Shown piece by piece: positions 18,332 through 29,239 of a stretch of DNA of 64,000 nucleotides (the stretch's first letter is position 1; each line of letters opens with the position of its first letter). Position numbers and translations under genes: made by a program. Source of the stretch: Gammaproteobacteria bacterium (lineage in GTDB: Bacteria; Pseudomonadota; Gammaproteobacteria; G965277405). The stretch is taken from the NCBI GenBank assembly GCA_965277405.1, contig OZ255726.1:64001-128000 (forward strand). The letters are read 5' to 3'. Below the pieces are notes generated by a model. It saw nothing but the letters and a program-made list of their open reading frames with translations. It did no database searches and had not been told where the DNA came from.

Positions 18332-20296
18332 ATGACACTTGCAAAGTTCCATCCCAGCTATTTAACAGAGGCTGTCGATACTATACAAACAGTGCTGGCA
18401 CAACAACATGGCGTGCTTGAGGCATTACGCGATGCCCCAACAGGCACGTATGCTGATATCAGCGCGTATCAAGATGTGCTGTATTGCATCGAGCAATATT
18501 GGCAGCCTATCGAGCACTTGTTTAGCGTTGATCAAACGGCTGCAGTGCGTGAAACGTATAATTTGCTCGCGCCAAAGGTAGAAGCATTTCACACCCACTG
18601 GTCGCAGGACCAAGGCATATTTGCGATGTTTACTGGGGTTAGTCATGCAGGTTTAACCCCTGTCCAACAACGGGTATTGAACGAAAGCAAGCAAGATTTT
18701 ATCGACAGCGGCAGCGCATTACCCACCAAACAAAGACAGCAATTTGCGCAATTAGAACAACAACTGTTGCAGCTAACAACAAAATTCCAAGAAAACGTAT
18801 TGGATGCAACGGCAGCTTGGAAATATCACACAGATATTGCAGATCTCTCCATTCCCGCATCGATTCGCGCACAAGCGCGCGGCGATGATGGTGGGTATAG
18901 CTACGGGTTAGACACACCAACGTACCTTGCAATTATTGAAAATTGTGAGAATCGAGCGCTGCGCGAACAAATCTATCGTGCCTATACAACTCGAGCATCT
19001 GCTACATTCCCCATTGAGGATAATAGGCGCTACGATAACGCCCCGCTTATTGCCGCAATAGTCCACAACAGACAGCTACAAGCAACGTTGCTCGGTTATC
19101 AGTGCTATGCAGATATGGCTACGCAGCGACGAATGGCGAAAAACAATGCGACAGTACTAGCTTTCTTACACGATATATTAGACAAAGCACAACCAATAGC
19201 CGAGCAAGAAGTTGCCCAATTGCGCACCTATGCGCAGCAACACCCTGAGTTGCCAATCGACACCCTGCAACCGTGGGATATTGCGTTTTATTTGCACAAA
19301 CTCAGCAGCGACAAACTCAATATCGACCATGAAAAACTCCGAGAATATTTTCCATTCGACCACGTACTCGAGCAAATGTTCGCGTTTGCCAAACACACTT
19401 TTGCGGTTGAATGTACTGCGGCTGCATTTACTGAAAAGCTGTGGCATGTAGATGTTCAACAATACACGGTGCATACAAACGGCAGAAAAATTGGATATTT
19501 AACGATTGACCCTTACGCCAGAGACGCCAAACAACCTGGAGCGTGGATGAGCGGGCTGCGCAGTCGCCATCGAGGCACTCTACCTATTGCCAGTATTCAA
19601 TGTAATTTTGCAGCGCCTGTGAACGACGCCCCAAGTTTATTACGCTATGACGATGTTGTAACGTTGTTTCATGAATTCGGCCATGCGCTGCACCATGTCA
19701 CCACTGTTATTGATGAATATCGACTCAGCGGAATCAGCGGTGTTGCATGGGATGCGGTGGAATTCCCGAGTCAAATAATTGAAAAATTCACAACTGACGT
19801 CGATGTATTGCGCGGATTAACCAAACACTACATAACGGGTCAACAACTCGATGAGCGCCGTTTGCACGCGTTAAGCCAACAACATCTATTCTTTAAAGCA
19901 ACAACACTAGTACGGCAAATTGAATTTTGCATGTTTGATAGCGTACTGCATACAAGCACAAGTGACGTCGATTTCAACATTATTTTGGATAAAGTGCGGC
20001 AACAAACGAATATATATGGGTTTACGTACGTACCGCAATTTGCGCAAAGTTTTGCCCACATTTTTGCAGGAGGCTACGCCGCTGGGTATTACAGTTATTT
20101 GTGGGCAGAAATTCTAGCAGCAGATGGATTTGCTTATTTTATGCAATCAGCTGAAAAACAAGCGCTTGGTACCAAGTTGATCGCCACCTTTTTCTCACAA
20201 GGCGGGAGTGCAGACGCGCGAACACTGTATGGTGATTTCCGCGGTCAAGCGTTTCAGAGCGCTGCATTTTTTCAACAATTCGCAGCGCAGGTCTAA
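18332..20296 (+). CDS. prlC: Oligopeptidase A (M3 metallopeptidase)
   Basis: TLFHEFGHALHH, WDAVEFPSQ, HIFAGGYAAGYYSYLWAE. Confidence 0.93.
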   Translation: MTLAKFHPSYLTEAVDTIQTVLAQQHGVLEALRDAPTGTYADISAYQDVLYCIEQYWQPIEHLFSVDQTAAVRETYNLLAPKVEAFHTHWSQDQGIFAMFTGVSHAGLTPVQQRVLNESKQDFIDSGSALPTKQRQQFAQLEQQLLQLTTKFQENVLDATAAWKYHTDIADLSIPASIRAQARGDDGGYSYGLDTPTYLAIIENCENRALREQIYRAYTTRASATFPIEDNRRYDNAPLIAAIVHNRQLQATLLGYQCYADMATQRRMAKNNATVLAFLHDILDKAQPIAEQEVAQLRTYAQQHPELPIDTLQPWDIAFYLHKLSSDKLNIDHEKLREYFPFDHVLEQMFAFAKHTFAVECTAAAFTEKLWHVDVQQYTVHTNGRKIGYLTIDPYARDAKQPGAWMSGLRSRHRGTLPIASIQCNFAAPVNDAPSLLRYDDVVTLFHEFGHALHHVTTVIDEYRLSGISGVAWDAVEFPSQIIEKFTTDVDVLRGLTKHYITGQQLDERRLHALSQQHLFFKATTLVRQIEFCMFDSVLHTSTSDVDFNIILDKVRQQTNIYGFTYVPQFAQSFAHIFAGGYAAGYYSYLWAEILAADGFAYFMQSAEKQALGTKLIATFFSQGGSADARTLYGDFRGQAFQSAAFFQQFAAQV

Positions 20297-20397
20297 AAAT
20301 TTGCGTAAAACAAATAATCTGCAGCACATTTGTGCGAAATTGCCCAAATCGCCTAGCTATAAAATTTTTTTAATAATTGTCCGTATACTTTGCCAAT

Positions 20398-20667
20398 GGA
20401 ACCTCTGATTAACTCGCTGATGGAGCGAGTTTGCCTGCAATTGCTGATGATTGCAAGGCGCATGCCGTAGCATATACGCCAAGGGATGCAACACAGCAAG
20501 TACCGCTGCAGCAAACCGTTGTATATTCAATAGAAGGCCGGGAAAAAACGCTGCGCTAACGTCGTTGCAGCACTTGATAATACCACCAGTATTATCTGCG
20601 CACTGCGTCTAGTTATCATCAGCGTTTTTTCTCCGTCTCGCCCATCATGGACTTAATCAGAGCTTCC
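20398..20667 (+). mobile_element. IS5-derived MITE (short internal deletion)
   Basis: GGAACCTCTGATTAA...TTAATCAGAGCTTCC. Abuts IS copy 2 across TTAA. Confidence 0.92.
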
Positions 20668-20671
20668 TTAA

Positions 20672-21924
20672 GGAAGCTCTGATTAAGTCCCAAACAACAG
20701 CAATATCAGCTACAAAGATATACAATGGTGAATCTATTTGAATATTTGAATAAGCGGATAATCTTATGAAACAAACAACTTTTGCCAGTGCTGCATACGA
20801 CCACAAGAAAGTAACAATGAAACCAAAAAAAATTCTTGCAGTTAATGGACAAATTAGCTCCATGGCAACAGTTGTTAGAGTTAATAGAACCGCATTATCC
20901 CAAGAAAGGGAATGGTCGCCCACCGATTAATATGCAGACCATGTTACGCATTTATTTTTTACAGCAATGGTACAACTTATCAGACCCAGGCGTAGCAGAA
21001 GCACTATATGACATGGAAAGCATGCGGCGTTTTGCCCAGATACAGCTGATAGACGATGCCATCCCTGATGAAACCACCATCTTGAACTTGCCCGCAGGGT
21101 CATACAAAATCATCAACTCAGCGTCAAGATACTTGCTGTGGTGAATGAGTATTGTATGGAAAATAATATAACAATCTCACAAGGGTCGATGGTTGATGCC
21201 ACGATCATCCATGCACCATCATCTACGAAGAATAAAGAGAAAGCCCGTGATCCTGAAATGCATCAAACAAGGAAAGGCAAGCAGTGGTATTTTGGCATGA
21301 AGATTCATATAGGAACTGACGCTAATAGCAATATGATTCATAGCGCGGCAGTCACAGCCGCGGCCCACCACCACAGCCGCGAATGCAGCGGACATCAATG
21401 AACTCCCCAAATTGCTGCGTGAAACAGATAAGGTTATCTTTGCCGATGCAGGATATACGAGCGACAGTTATAAACGCGGCTCGCGTCACCTTGGGATACA
21501 TTGGCGCGTGAATGATAAACGTAAACCAAAGCAGCAAATGAGCGGCTCGCAGCGCAAACGCAATAGACAGAACTCTAAGGTGCGCGCCCGGATTGAGCAC
21601 TGTTTTCGGGTAATCAAATCTCAGTTTGGTTATAAGAAAGCTCGCTACAAAGGACTAGAAAAGAATCGAGTACAAGTATTTTCTTTGCTGGCATTGACGA
21701 ACTTATACATGCTGCGCGGACGACTAACAGGATAGAACCGCCCAAAATTCAAGAAAAACAGTAAAAAACAATAAAAACAGTAAAAAACAGTAAAACAGCA
21801 ACACGAAGATCAGCGAAATGATCAAATATTGACCATTGAAAATTATTGCTATTATTTTTTTGGAGTATATGCGAGTTCTTGGAGTATATGAGCGTCTTAA
21901 TCAGCGAGTTAATCAAAGGTATCC
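20672..21924 (+). mobile_element. IS5-family insertion sequence, defective copy 2 (chimeric right end)
   Basis: Left TIR GGAAGCTCTGATTAA. Right end TTAATCAGCGAGTTAATCAAAGGTATCC. TTAA on both flanks. Confidence 0.92.
20766..21735 (+). pseudogene. IS5 transposase, multiple frameshifts
   Basis: Fragments 20836-21144, 21138-21401 and 21412-21735 match the intact transposase. Confidence 0.93.
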
Positions 21925-22054
21925 TTAAGTATATGTATGGCTTACAATATTGGCAACAACAAAGTGCTGCTTGGCGGCGTAACATAATCAGATCCTCCCT
22001 ATAGCATTTCAAGCATAACTCGGCATACTGTTTCGATTTTTATGTGGTTTGCTT

Positions 22055-22762
22055 ATGAATATACATTTATTGCTGTGTGATCATATACGAGAGCAGTTGC
22101 AAGCGGAATACGGCGATTATGATGATGTATTCGAGCGGTTTTTTGCAGATATAAATCCGCAAGTACAACTTATTGTCCATCGTGTCTGCGATGGTGTTTT
22201 CCCAAGCGCAGCACAGTTAGCAAATGCTGATTATTTTGTGCTCACTGGCAGTAAATTCTCTGCTTTTGACGAGCTTGATTGGATTATACAACTGCGTACA
22301 TTGGTGCAACATCTATTTGCGGATGGAAAAAAAATTGCTGGAATATGCTTCGGACACCAATTGATTGCTACCGCACTTGGTGGCGAATGTGAACGATCAG
22401 AGCAAGGATGGGGAGTAGGCGTCCATACATATACAACTGCCAGTGACCCGCTGTTGCGCCAGCGCGAATTGAAACTCATCGTAACCCACCAAGATCAAGT
22501 TACTGTGGCACCCACTGGGGCAGATGTGATTGCATCGAATGATTTTTGCCCAATTGCAGGGTTTTTGATTGCCAATCAAATATTGACGTTTCAAGGACAT
22601 CCTGAGTTTAGCAAAGCGTATGCGCAGGTGCTGATGGAGTTGCGTAAAGGCAGTATCGATGAACGTGTATACGCAGTTGCCAAGGACTCTTTTAGTGAAA
22701 ACCATGATGGCAAGATGATAGCGCAACTTATTGTTGATTTTTTTCGCAATACATCGGACTAA
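22055..22762 (+). CDS. Class I glutamine amidotransferase-like protein
   Basis: VLTGSKFS, GICFGHQ (catalytic Cys), TFQGHPEF (His-Glu). Confidence 0.9.
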   Translation: MNIHLLLCDHIREQLQAEYGDYDDVFERFFADINPQVQLIVHRVCDGVFPSAAQLANADYFVLTGSKFSAFDELDWIIQLRTLVQHLFADGKKIAGICFGHQLIATALGGECERSEQGWGVGVHTYTTASDPLLRQRELKLIVTHQDQVTVAPTGADVIASNDFCPIAGFLIANQILTFQGHPEFSKAYAQVLMELRKGSIDERVYAVAKDSFSENHDGKMIAQLIVDFFRNTSD

Positions 22763-22780
22763 CCGCAAATATTACCCTTA

Positions 22781-23075
22781 GGAACCTCTGATTAAGTCCT
22801 TGATGGGCGAGACGGAGCAAAAACTCTGATGAAACTTAAGCGCAGTGCGCAGATAATACTGGTGGTCTTGTGGGTGTTGCCAAGTGGCGCAACGACGTTA
22901 GCGCAGCGTTTTTTCCCGACCTTCTATTGAATATATGATGGTTTGCCTACAAGCGGTACTTGCTGTGTTGCATCCCTTGGCGTATATGCTACGGCATGCG
23001 CTTAGCGGTTTGCGCCTTGCAATCATCAGCAATTGCAGGCAAACTCGCTCCATCAGCGTCTTAATCAGAGGTTCC
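22781..23075 (-). mobile_element. IS5-derived MITE, full length (variant subfamily)
   Basis: Both TIRs present. Overlaps the last codons of the MFS gene. Confidence 0.92.
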
Positions 23076-24320
23076 CTTACCATGCAACGCGATAATCGCC
23101 GCGCAGCAAGCGACCATCGGCAGCAACCATATCGGCAAGAGAATCCATGTTGTTGCCATGTTTGCATCAATCATCAATCCTAGCAGCAACGGTGACATTG
23201 CCGATGCTGCGACAACTATGCCGTGGACAACGCTACGGATTGAGCCTAAATGTTTCGTTCCATACAGTTCTGCTAACAAAGCATTCACGGCAGTTTGGCT
23301 GCCAGCTGCCAGCCCCAACATTATAAAAAACCACAATAAGTTGATTGCAGATGTTGCATAGATCATGCACAACACGGCAACGCTGATAAACAGGATAAAA
23401 AATGGGGCAATCCGCTGCGCTCCAATTTTGTCTACTAGCCAGCCAGCGATAACATTTGAAAGCATCCCGCAGCCTGCATACAGCGGATAGCCTAATACCC
23501 ACTGATCTATGCTGACGGCTTTATATTGAGCAAAATAGTATGGAAAAAACATCAGCGCTGTACCGCAGAATGAGGTAGTAAACACCAAGCCTGTCACTAG
23601 CCAAAATCTGATTGTTCTAATAACTTGGCTGCGGCTGTGTTGTATTTGTGTGTTTTCTTCGTTTTGCTGAATTTTTGCTAGGTTTTTGGGCCACAGTGCA
23701 ATTGCTAGCAAGGTTGTGCTGAGCATGCAAAGCATGGCAATCACCCATATATTGCGCCAGTGTATAGTTGCTAATCCGACAATCAGGATTGTTGGCACGA
23801 TTGATTCGGCAATTGGAAAGCCAATGGCAGCGATGCCAAGTGCCTTGCCACGGCGATGCTGAAACGCCCTTGCCATGGCAATGACTGACATATGAACCAT
23901 CATTCCCTGCCCAAAAAAACGCAATGCCATAATAGTGATGGGGAATAACCACGCTGCTGAGTTTATTGCAAATCCTAGCATAGCGATAGCAAATCCGCCA
24001 ACGATGAAAGTACAGGCACGCCGTGTTGATAATGCGTCGATATATTTACCAGATGGGATAAATACCATTGCCGAGCAAATAGAGGCGAGCGCATACCACA
24101 TCCCAAAGTCGCCGTAACTAAAGCCGAAGTCAGTTTGGATGTATTTAGTAAATAGAGAAATAAATACCGTTTGTCCAGGTGCTGACCAAAAAGAAAATAC
24201 CAGGCCGAGCAACAGGACATTCCAGTGTTGTTTAATAAAGTTCAATGATATAGTCGCGAGTGTAGCGTCATGATGAAACGAGCGAGTGTGCGTGTAAATG
24301 GGGATGGATGCAACATCCAA
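23061..24320 (-). CDS. MFS transporter (stop codon supplied by MITE; true start may be downstream)
   Basis: About 12 hydrophobic segments; SAPGQTVFIS, LRFFGQG, AELYGTKHLGSIRS. Confidence 0.88.
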   Translation of the reverse strand: MDVASIPIYTHTRSFHHDATLATISLNFIKQHWNVLLLGLVFSFWSAPGQTVFISLFTKYIQTDFGFSYGDFGMWYALASICSAMVFIPSGKYIDALSTRRACTFIVGGFAIAMLGFAINSAAWLFPITIMALRFFGQGMMVHMSVIAMARAFQHRRGKALGIAAIGFPIAESIVPTILIVGLATIHWRNIWVIAMLCMLSTTLLAIALWPKNLAKIQQNEENTQIQHSRSQVIRTIRFWLVTGLVFTTSFCGTALMFFPYYFAQYKAVSIDQWVLGYPLYAGCGMLSNVIAGWLVDKIGAQRIAPFFILFISVAVLCMIYATSAINLLWFFIMLGLAAGSQTAVNALLAELYGTKHLGSIRSVVHGIVVAASAMSPLLLGLMIDANMATTWILLPIWLLPMVACCAAIIALHGKGTSD

Positions 24321-24383
24321 TATTCCCTAACAGCAACACGACTTAACAGCAGAGATTCCTGATAATCAGCAAAGCAGAATTAT

Positions 24384-24440
24384 ATGAAGAAAGTAAAATT
24401 CACCGATTCGCACATCATAGCAATCCGCAAACGCAATGAT
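24384..24440 (+). pseudogene. IS3-family (IS407-like) OrfA N-terminal remnant
   Basis: Translates MKKVKFTDSHIIAIRKRN, resembling MKKSRFTDSQIIAILK, then similarity ends. Confidence 0.55.
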
Positions 24441-24681
24441 TGGCAGCGCCAGTTGCCAGCTATGTCTAAAAATAGCCAGACGATTGCAGCCAATGACTCA
24501 AAACAGCGAGTAGTGTAACAACGCCAGTGCGGCTAATGCAATACCAATCAAATGACTTGAAAAGCTAGCGATATCTTGTGATATTATTGGTGTTTTCAGT
24601 TTGCTGAGTGATTTGTACACAGGTTATCGTGTCTGTATCAACAGGTGTAGCTGATACCATCAACCAATACTTGGAGCAATA

Positions 24682-26085
24682 ATGTATCTCGGTCTTGACC
24701 TTGGCACATCATCGATAAAAGGGGTCATCATTGACGAATATGGCCATGTAGTAGCGCAAAGCAGCTCCAGCTTAGCAGTTTCACGACCACATGCAGGGTG
24801 GAGTGAACAATCTCCTGCGGCGTGGATTAACTCAGCAACAACAGTATTGCATGCGCTCAACGATGATTTACCAAAGGTTCGCGCTATTGGTCTTGCAGGG
24901 CAAATGCATGGAGCAACCTGTCTTGATACAACAGGGGCGGTGATTCGCCCTGCAATTTTATGGAATGACACCCGTGCGCATCAAGAAGCAGCATGGCTTG
25001 ATCAACATCCATTAGCGCGCAAGATTACCGGCAACATTGTATTTGCAGGGTTCACCGCACCGAAAATTGTTTGGATGCGTAAGCATGAGCCAGAAAACTA
25101 TGCGCGAATTGCTACAATCCTCTTGCCAAAAGACTATCTGCGGCTGTGGTTGACTGGCGAATCTGTCACCGATCTGTCTGATGCTTCTGGAACTGCTTGG
25201 TTACAAGTGGCGGGTAGATGTTGGTCTGATGCAATGCTGTCGTTGTGCGCAGTATCGCCTAGTTGCATGCCAAGGTTAGTTGAAGGTATTGAGGCATCTG
25301 GTCAGTTGCGCGCCAAGATTACCAACAAGTTCGGGTTTGCATCGAATATCACTGTGGCCGGAGGGGCAGGTGATAATGCAGCAAGTGCTGTCGGCCTTGA
25401 TATTATCAAACCAGGGCGAACGTTTATTTCGCTTGGAACGTCTGGGGTAGTGTTTGCTGCAAGTGATACTTATCGCCCAGACCCACAATCAGCGTTGCAC
25501 TGTTTTTGCCATTGCATTCCTAAGACATGGCATCATATGGGGGTGACATTGAGTGCTACAGATTGTCTGAACTGGTTTGCGCGCCAACTTGAGACTGATC
25601 CCGCCAAGCTCACTGGCAATCTTGGCAATACGGCTGTGATGCCAACCGCTGAGCTGTTTCTACCATTTTTAGGTGGTGAGCGTACCCCGTATAACAACCC
25701 AAACTTACGCGCTTCATTTGCCAACATCGGTCATGATACAGATAGAAAAGCCCTCACGCGTGCAGTGCTCGAAGGGGTGGGATTTTCACTGTTTCAATCC
25801 TTAGATTTGATTGAAAAAAAGAACAACCAAATACATGAGATTGTTGTGGTCGGTGGCGGCGCAAAGTCAGATGTTTGGCTCGATATCCTCGCAAACATTT
25901 GCGGGCGAACTATTAAGCGGCGCAACGAATCAGAGCATGCTGCGGCAATAGGGGCTGCACGGCTTGCGGCGCTGTCGATAGCGGCTGATTTTCCGATATC
26001 ACAACAAGGAACAATGTTTGCACCACGCGGCGACCTTATGGCAGCCTACAAACAAAAATATGTTGATTATTTAGGGAAGTTCTGA
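24682..26085 (+). CDS. xylB: Xylulokinase (FGGY kinase), 3' end cut by IS5
   Basis: MYLGLDLGTSS, AGQMHG, RPAILWNDTR, GFTAPK, SLGTSGV, GERTP. Stop lies in the IS TIR. Confidence 0.9.
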   Translation: MYLGLDLGTSSIKGVIIDEYGHVVAQSSSSLAVSRPHAGWSEQSPAAWINSATTVLHALNDDLPKVRAIGLAGQMHGATCLDTTGAVIRPAILWNDTRAHQEAAWLDQHPLARKITGNIVFAGFTAPKIVWMRKHEPENYARIATILLPKDYLRLWLTGESVTDLSDASGTAWLQVAGRCWSDAMLSLCAVSPSCMPRLVEGIEASGQLRAKITNKFGFASNITVAGGAGDNAASAVGLDIIKPGRTFISLGTSGVVFAASDTYRPDPQSALHCFCHCIPKTWHHMGVTLSATDCLNWFARQLETDPAKLTGNLGNTAVMPTAELFLPFLGGERTPYNNPNLRASFANIGHDTDRKALTRAVLEGVGFSLFQSLDLIEKKNNQIHEIVVVGGGAKSDVWLDILANICGRTIKRRNESEHAAAIGAARLAALSIAADFPISQQGTMFAPRGDLMAAYKQKYVDYLGKF

Positions 26086-27292
26086 TTAAGACGCTCATAT
26101 ACTCCAATAACTCGCATATACTCCAAAAAAATAATAGCAATAATTTTCAATGGTCAATATTTGATCATTTCGCTGATCTTCGTGTTGCTGTTTTACTGTT
26201 TTTTACTGTTTTTATTGTTTTTTACTGTTTTTCTTGAATTTTGGGCGGTTCTATCCTGTTAGTCGTCCTCGCAGCATGTACAAGTTCGTCAATGCCAGCA
26301 AAGAAAATACTTGTACTCGGTTCTTTTCTAGTCCTTTGTAGCGAGCTTTCTTATAACCAAACTGACATTTGATTACCCGAAAACAGTGCTCAATCCGGGC
26401 GCGCACCTTAGAGTTCTGTGTATTGCGTTGGCGCTGCGAGCCGCTCATTTGCTGCTTTGGCTTGCGTTTATCGTTCACGCGCCAATGTATCCCAAGGTGA
26501 CGCGAGCCGCGTTTATAACTGTCGCTCGTATATCCTGCATCGGCAAAGATAACCTTATCTGTTTCACGCAGCAATTTGGGGAGTTCATTGATGTCAGCTT
26601 CATTCGCGGCTGTAACTGTCGCGCTATGAATCATATTGGTATTAGCGTCAGTTCCTATATGAATCTTCATGCCAAAATACCACTGATTGCCTTTGCGGGT
26701 TTGATGCATTTCAGGATCCCGTTTTTTCTCTTTATTCTTCGTAGATGATGGCGCATTGATGGTCGTGGCATCAACCATTGTCCCTTGTGAGATTATTATA
26801 TTATTTTCCATACAATACTCATTCACGACAGCAAGTATCTTTACGCTGAGTTGATGTTTTTCTATGATCCTGCGGAAGTTCAAGATGGTGGTTTCATCAG
26901 GGATGGCATCGTCTATCAGCTCTATATGGGCAAAACGCCGCATGCTTTCCATGTCATATAGTGCTTCTTCTACCCCTGGGTCTGATAAGTTGTACCATTG
27001 CTGTAAAAAATAAATGCGTAACATGGTCTGCATATTAATCGGTGGGCGGCCATTCCCTTTCTTGGGATAATGCGGTTCTATTAACTCTAACAACTGTTGC
27101 CATGGAGCTAATTTGTCCATTAACTGCAAGAATTTTTCACGTTTTGTTGTTACTTTCTTGTGGTCGTATGCAGCACTGGCAAAAGTTGTTTGTTTCATAA
27201 GATTATCCGCTTATTCAAATATTCAAATAGATTCACCATTGTATATCTTTGTAGCTGATATTGCTGTTGTTTGGGACTTAATCAGAGTTTCC
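26075..27292 (-). mobile_element. IS5-family insertion sequence, intact copy
   Basis: TIRs GGAAGTTCTGATTAA / TTAATCAGAGTTTCC enclose a full transposase ORF. Confidence 0.96.
26251..27198 (-). CDS. IS5-family DDE transposase
   Basis: IPDETTILNFR, VDAT (D), WYFGMKIHIG, FADAGY (D), RARIEHCF (E); 315 aa. Confidence 0.96.
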   Translation of the reverse strand: MKQTTFASAAYDHKKVTTKREKFLQLMDKLAPWQQLLELIEPHYPKKGNGRPPINMQTMLRIYFLQQWYNLSDPGVEEALYDMESMRRFAHIELIDDAIPDETTILNFRRIIEKHQLSVKILAVVNEYCMENNIIISQGTMVDATTINAPSSTKNKEKKRDPEMHQTRKGNQWYFGMKIHIGTDANTNMIHSATVTAANEADINELPKLLRETDKVIFADAGYTSDSYKRGSRHLGIHWRVNDKRKPKQQMSGSQRQRNTQNSKVRARIEHCFRVIKCQFGYKKARYKGLEKNRVQVFSLLALTNLYMLRGRLTG

Positions 27293-27330
27293 CTAAGCAA
27301 TCGCTGTTTAACTCGTTGCTGCAATGGCCG

Positions 27331-29232
27331 CTAGCTAGTCGTCAGTTCATCCTCAAATTGTTGGATGCGATTACCGTTTTTTTCGAGCCACTCCCTCCGA
27401 TCACCGGCGCGCTTTTTTGCCAATAGCATGTCCATTATTTCATTGGTCGCAGGTGGTTGGGAAACATGGAGTTGCATCAATCTGCGTGTTGCTGGGGCAA
27501 TAGTGGTCTCGCGTAGTTGGCTGGGGTTCATCTCGCCTAGACCTTTAAATCGCGTCACTTGGCTACTACCTTTTTTACTACTAAATTGTGCAAGAAAATG
27601 GTCACGTTCTATGGCGTCTAATGCGTAGGCAATCTCTTTGTTATGATCAATACGAAATAATGGCGGCATCGCAATAAACACATGCCCTGCTGCTACCAAT
27701 GCGGGAAAATGACGCAAAAACAATGCGCAGAGTAATGTGGCGATGTGTTGACCATCTGAATCGGCATCAGCCAGGATACAAATTTTATGATAGCGCAATG
27801 CCCGAATATCACCCTTGCTGGGGTCAACGCCGATTGCCAATGAAATATCGCGGATGGTTTCTGATGCGAGAATGTCGCTGCTGTTCGACTCCCAAGTATT
27901 TAGAATTTTACCCCGCAATGGCATGATTGCTTGAAACTCACGATCACGCGCTTGTTTCGCAGACCCCCCTGCAGAGTCACCTTCGACCAAGAATAACTCA
28001 CATTGACTAGGGTCTGCACTGGAACAATCGGCAAGTTTTCCAGGAAGTTTTGGACCAGCAGAGATTTTTTTTCGTTCGATATTTTTGGCGTTTTTTAGTC
28101 TGTTCTGAGCAACACTAATAACATGTTGCGCCAGATTCTCCCCATCTTTTGGATGCTGTGACAGCCATAAACTAAAGTCATCTTTGAGGACATTCTGCAC
28201 AAATGTTGCAGCTTGACGTGACGACAGACGCTCTTTAGTTTGCCCAGTAAATTGCGGGTTATCGTGCTTATACGCAAGGACATAGCAACAGCCATTCATG
28301 ACGTCGTCTGCAGTAATTTTTACCCCGCGTGGCAAAAGTTTGCGAAATTCACAAAACTCGCGGATTGCAGCCAGCAACCCGCTGCGAAATCCATTAACGT
28401 GGGTGCCGCCTTGCGGCGTTGGGATTAAATTGACATAGCTTTCTAAGCATGCAGATGAGCCATCTTCCTGCCATTGTAACCCCCAAACAATTTCTTGTTC
28501 GCCGTTTTTAAACTCGCCGTGATACAGCGCGGACAGCAAGGTTGGTGCCGTTAAAGTCTGCTGGATGTATTGCTCTAACCCAGCTGGGTAATGCCAGCTA
28601 TCAACTTCGCCAGTACAGTGGTTTTTTAGGGTAATGGTGATGTTTGGGCACAGCACTGCTTTGGCTTTCAGCAAGTGTTTTAGCGCAGTACTAGAAAATT
28701 TATGCGAGTCAAAATATGTTGAATCAGGATAAAAATGGACAAAAGTGCCAGTTTTTTGTTTACTGCATGTGTCTATCTGCTGTAATTCTGTTGCTTTGTA
28801 ACCATGTTCAAAGCGCATTCCTTGCACCACCCCACTGCGCCACACTTTAACCTCAAGCCACGTCGACAATGCGTTGACGACCGACACCCCGACACCGTGC
28901 AACCCGCCAGAATAACGATAGGTAGCGTTCGAAAATTTTCCGCCAGCATGCAGGCGAGTAAAAATCAATTCAACCCCGCTGATGCCATGTTCTGGGTGGA
29001 TGTCCGTCGGCATGCCACGGCCATCATCGGTCACGGCAAACGAATGGTCAGGGTATAACTCGACAGTCATGGTTTTGGCAAAACCCGCGATTGCTTCGTC
29101 GATAGAGTTGTCTATAACTTCTTGGGCAAGATGGTTCGGTGACGCTGTATCTGTATACATGCCTGGGCGCTTGCGGACAGGGTCTAACCCTGTTAGCACT
29201 TCAATTGAATTGGCTGTATACGTGGAATTCAT
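27331..29232 (-). CDS. parE: DNA topoisomerase IV subunit B
   Basis: GLDPVRKRPGMY, NHLAQEVIDNS, VEGDSAGGSAKQ, PLRGKILN, ADADSDG, MDMLLAKKRA. Start MNSTY at 29232. Confidence 0.96.
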   Translation of the reverse strand: MNSTYTANSIEVLTGLDPVRKRPGMYTDTASPNHLAQEVIDNSIDEAIAGFAKTMTVELYPDHSFAVTDDGRGMPTDIHPEHGISGVELIFTRLHAGGKFSNATYRYSGGLHGVGVSVVNALSTWLEVKVWRSGVVQGMRFEHGYKATELQQIDTCSKQKTGTFVHFYPDSTYFDSHKFSSTALKHLLKAKAVLCPNITITLKNHCTGEVDSWHYPAGLEQYIQQTLTAPTLLSALYHGEFKNGEQEIVWGLQWQEDGSSACLESYVNLIPTPQGGTHVNGFRSGLLAAIREFCEFRKLLPRGVKITADDVMNGCCYVLAYKHDNPQFTGQTKERLSSRQAATFVQNVLKDDFSLWLSQHPKDGENLAQHVISVAQNRLKNAKNIERKKISAGPKLPGKLADCSSADPSQCELFLVEGDSAGGSAKQARDREFQAIMPLRGKILNTWESNSSDILASETIRDISLAIGVDPSKGDIRALRYHKICILADADSDGQHIATLLCALFLRHFPALVAAGHVFIAMPPLFRIDHNKEIAYALDAIERDHFLAQFSSKKGSSQVTRFKGLGEMNPSQLRETTIAPATRRLMQLHVSQPPATNEIMDMLLAKKRAGDRREWLEKNGNRIQQFEDELTTS

Positions 29233-29239
29233 GTTTTCC

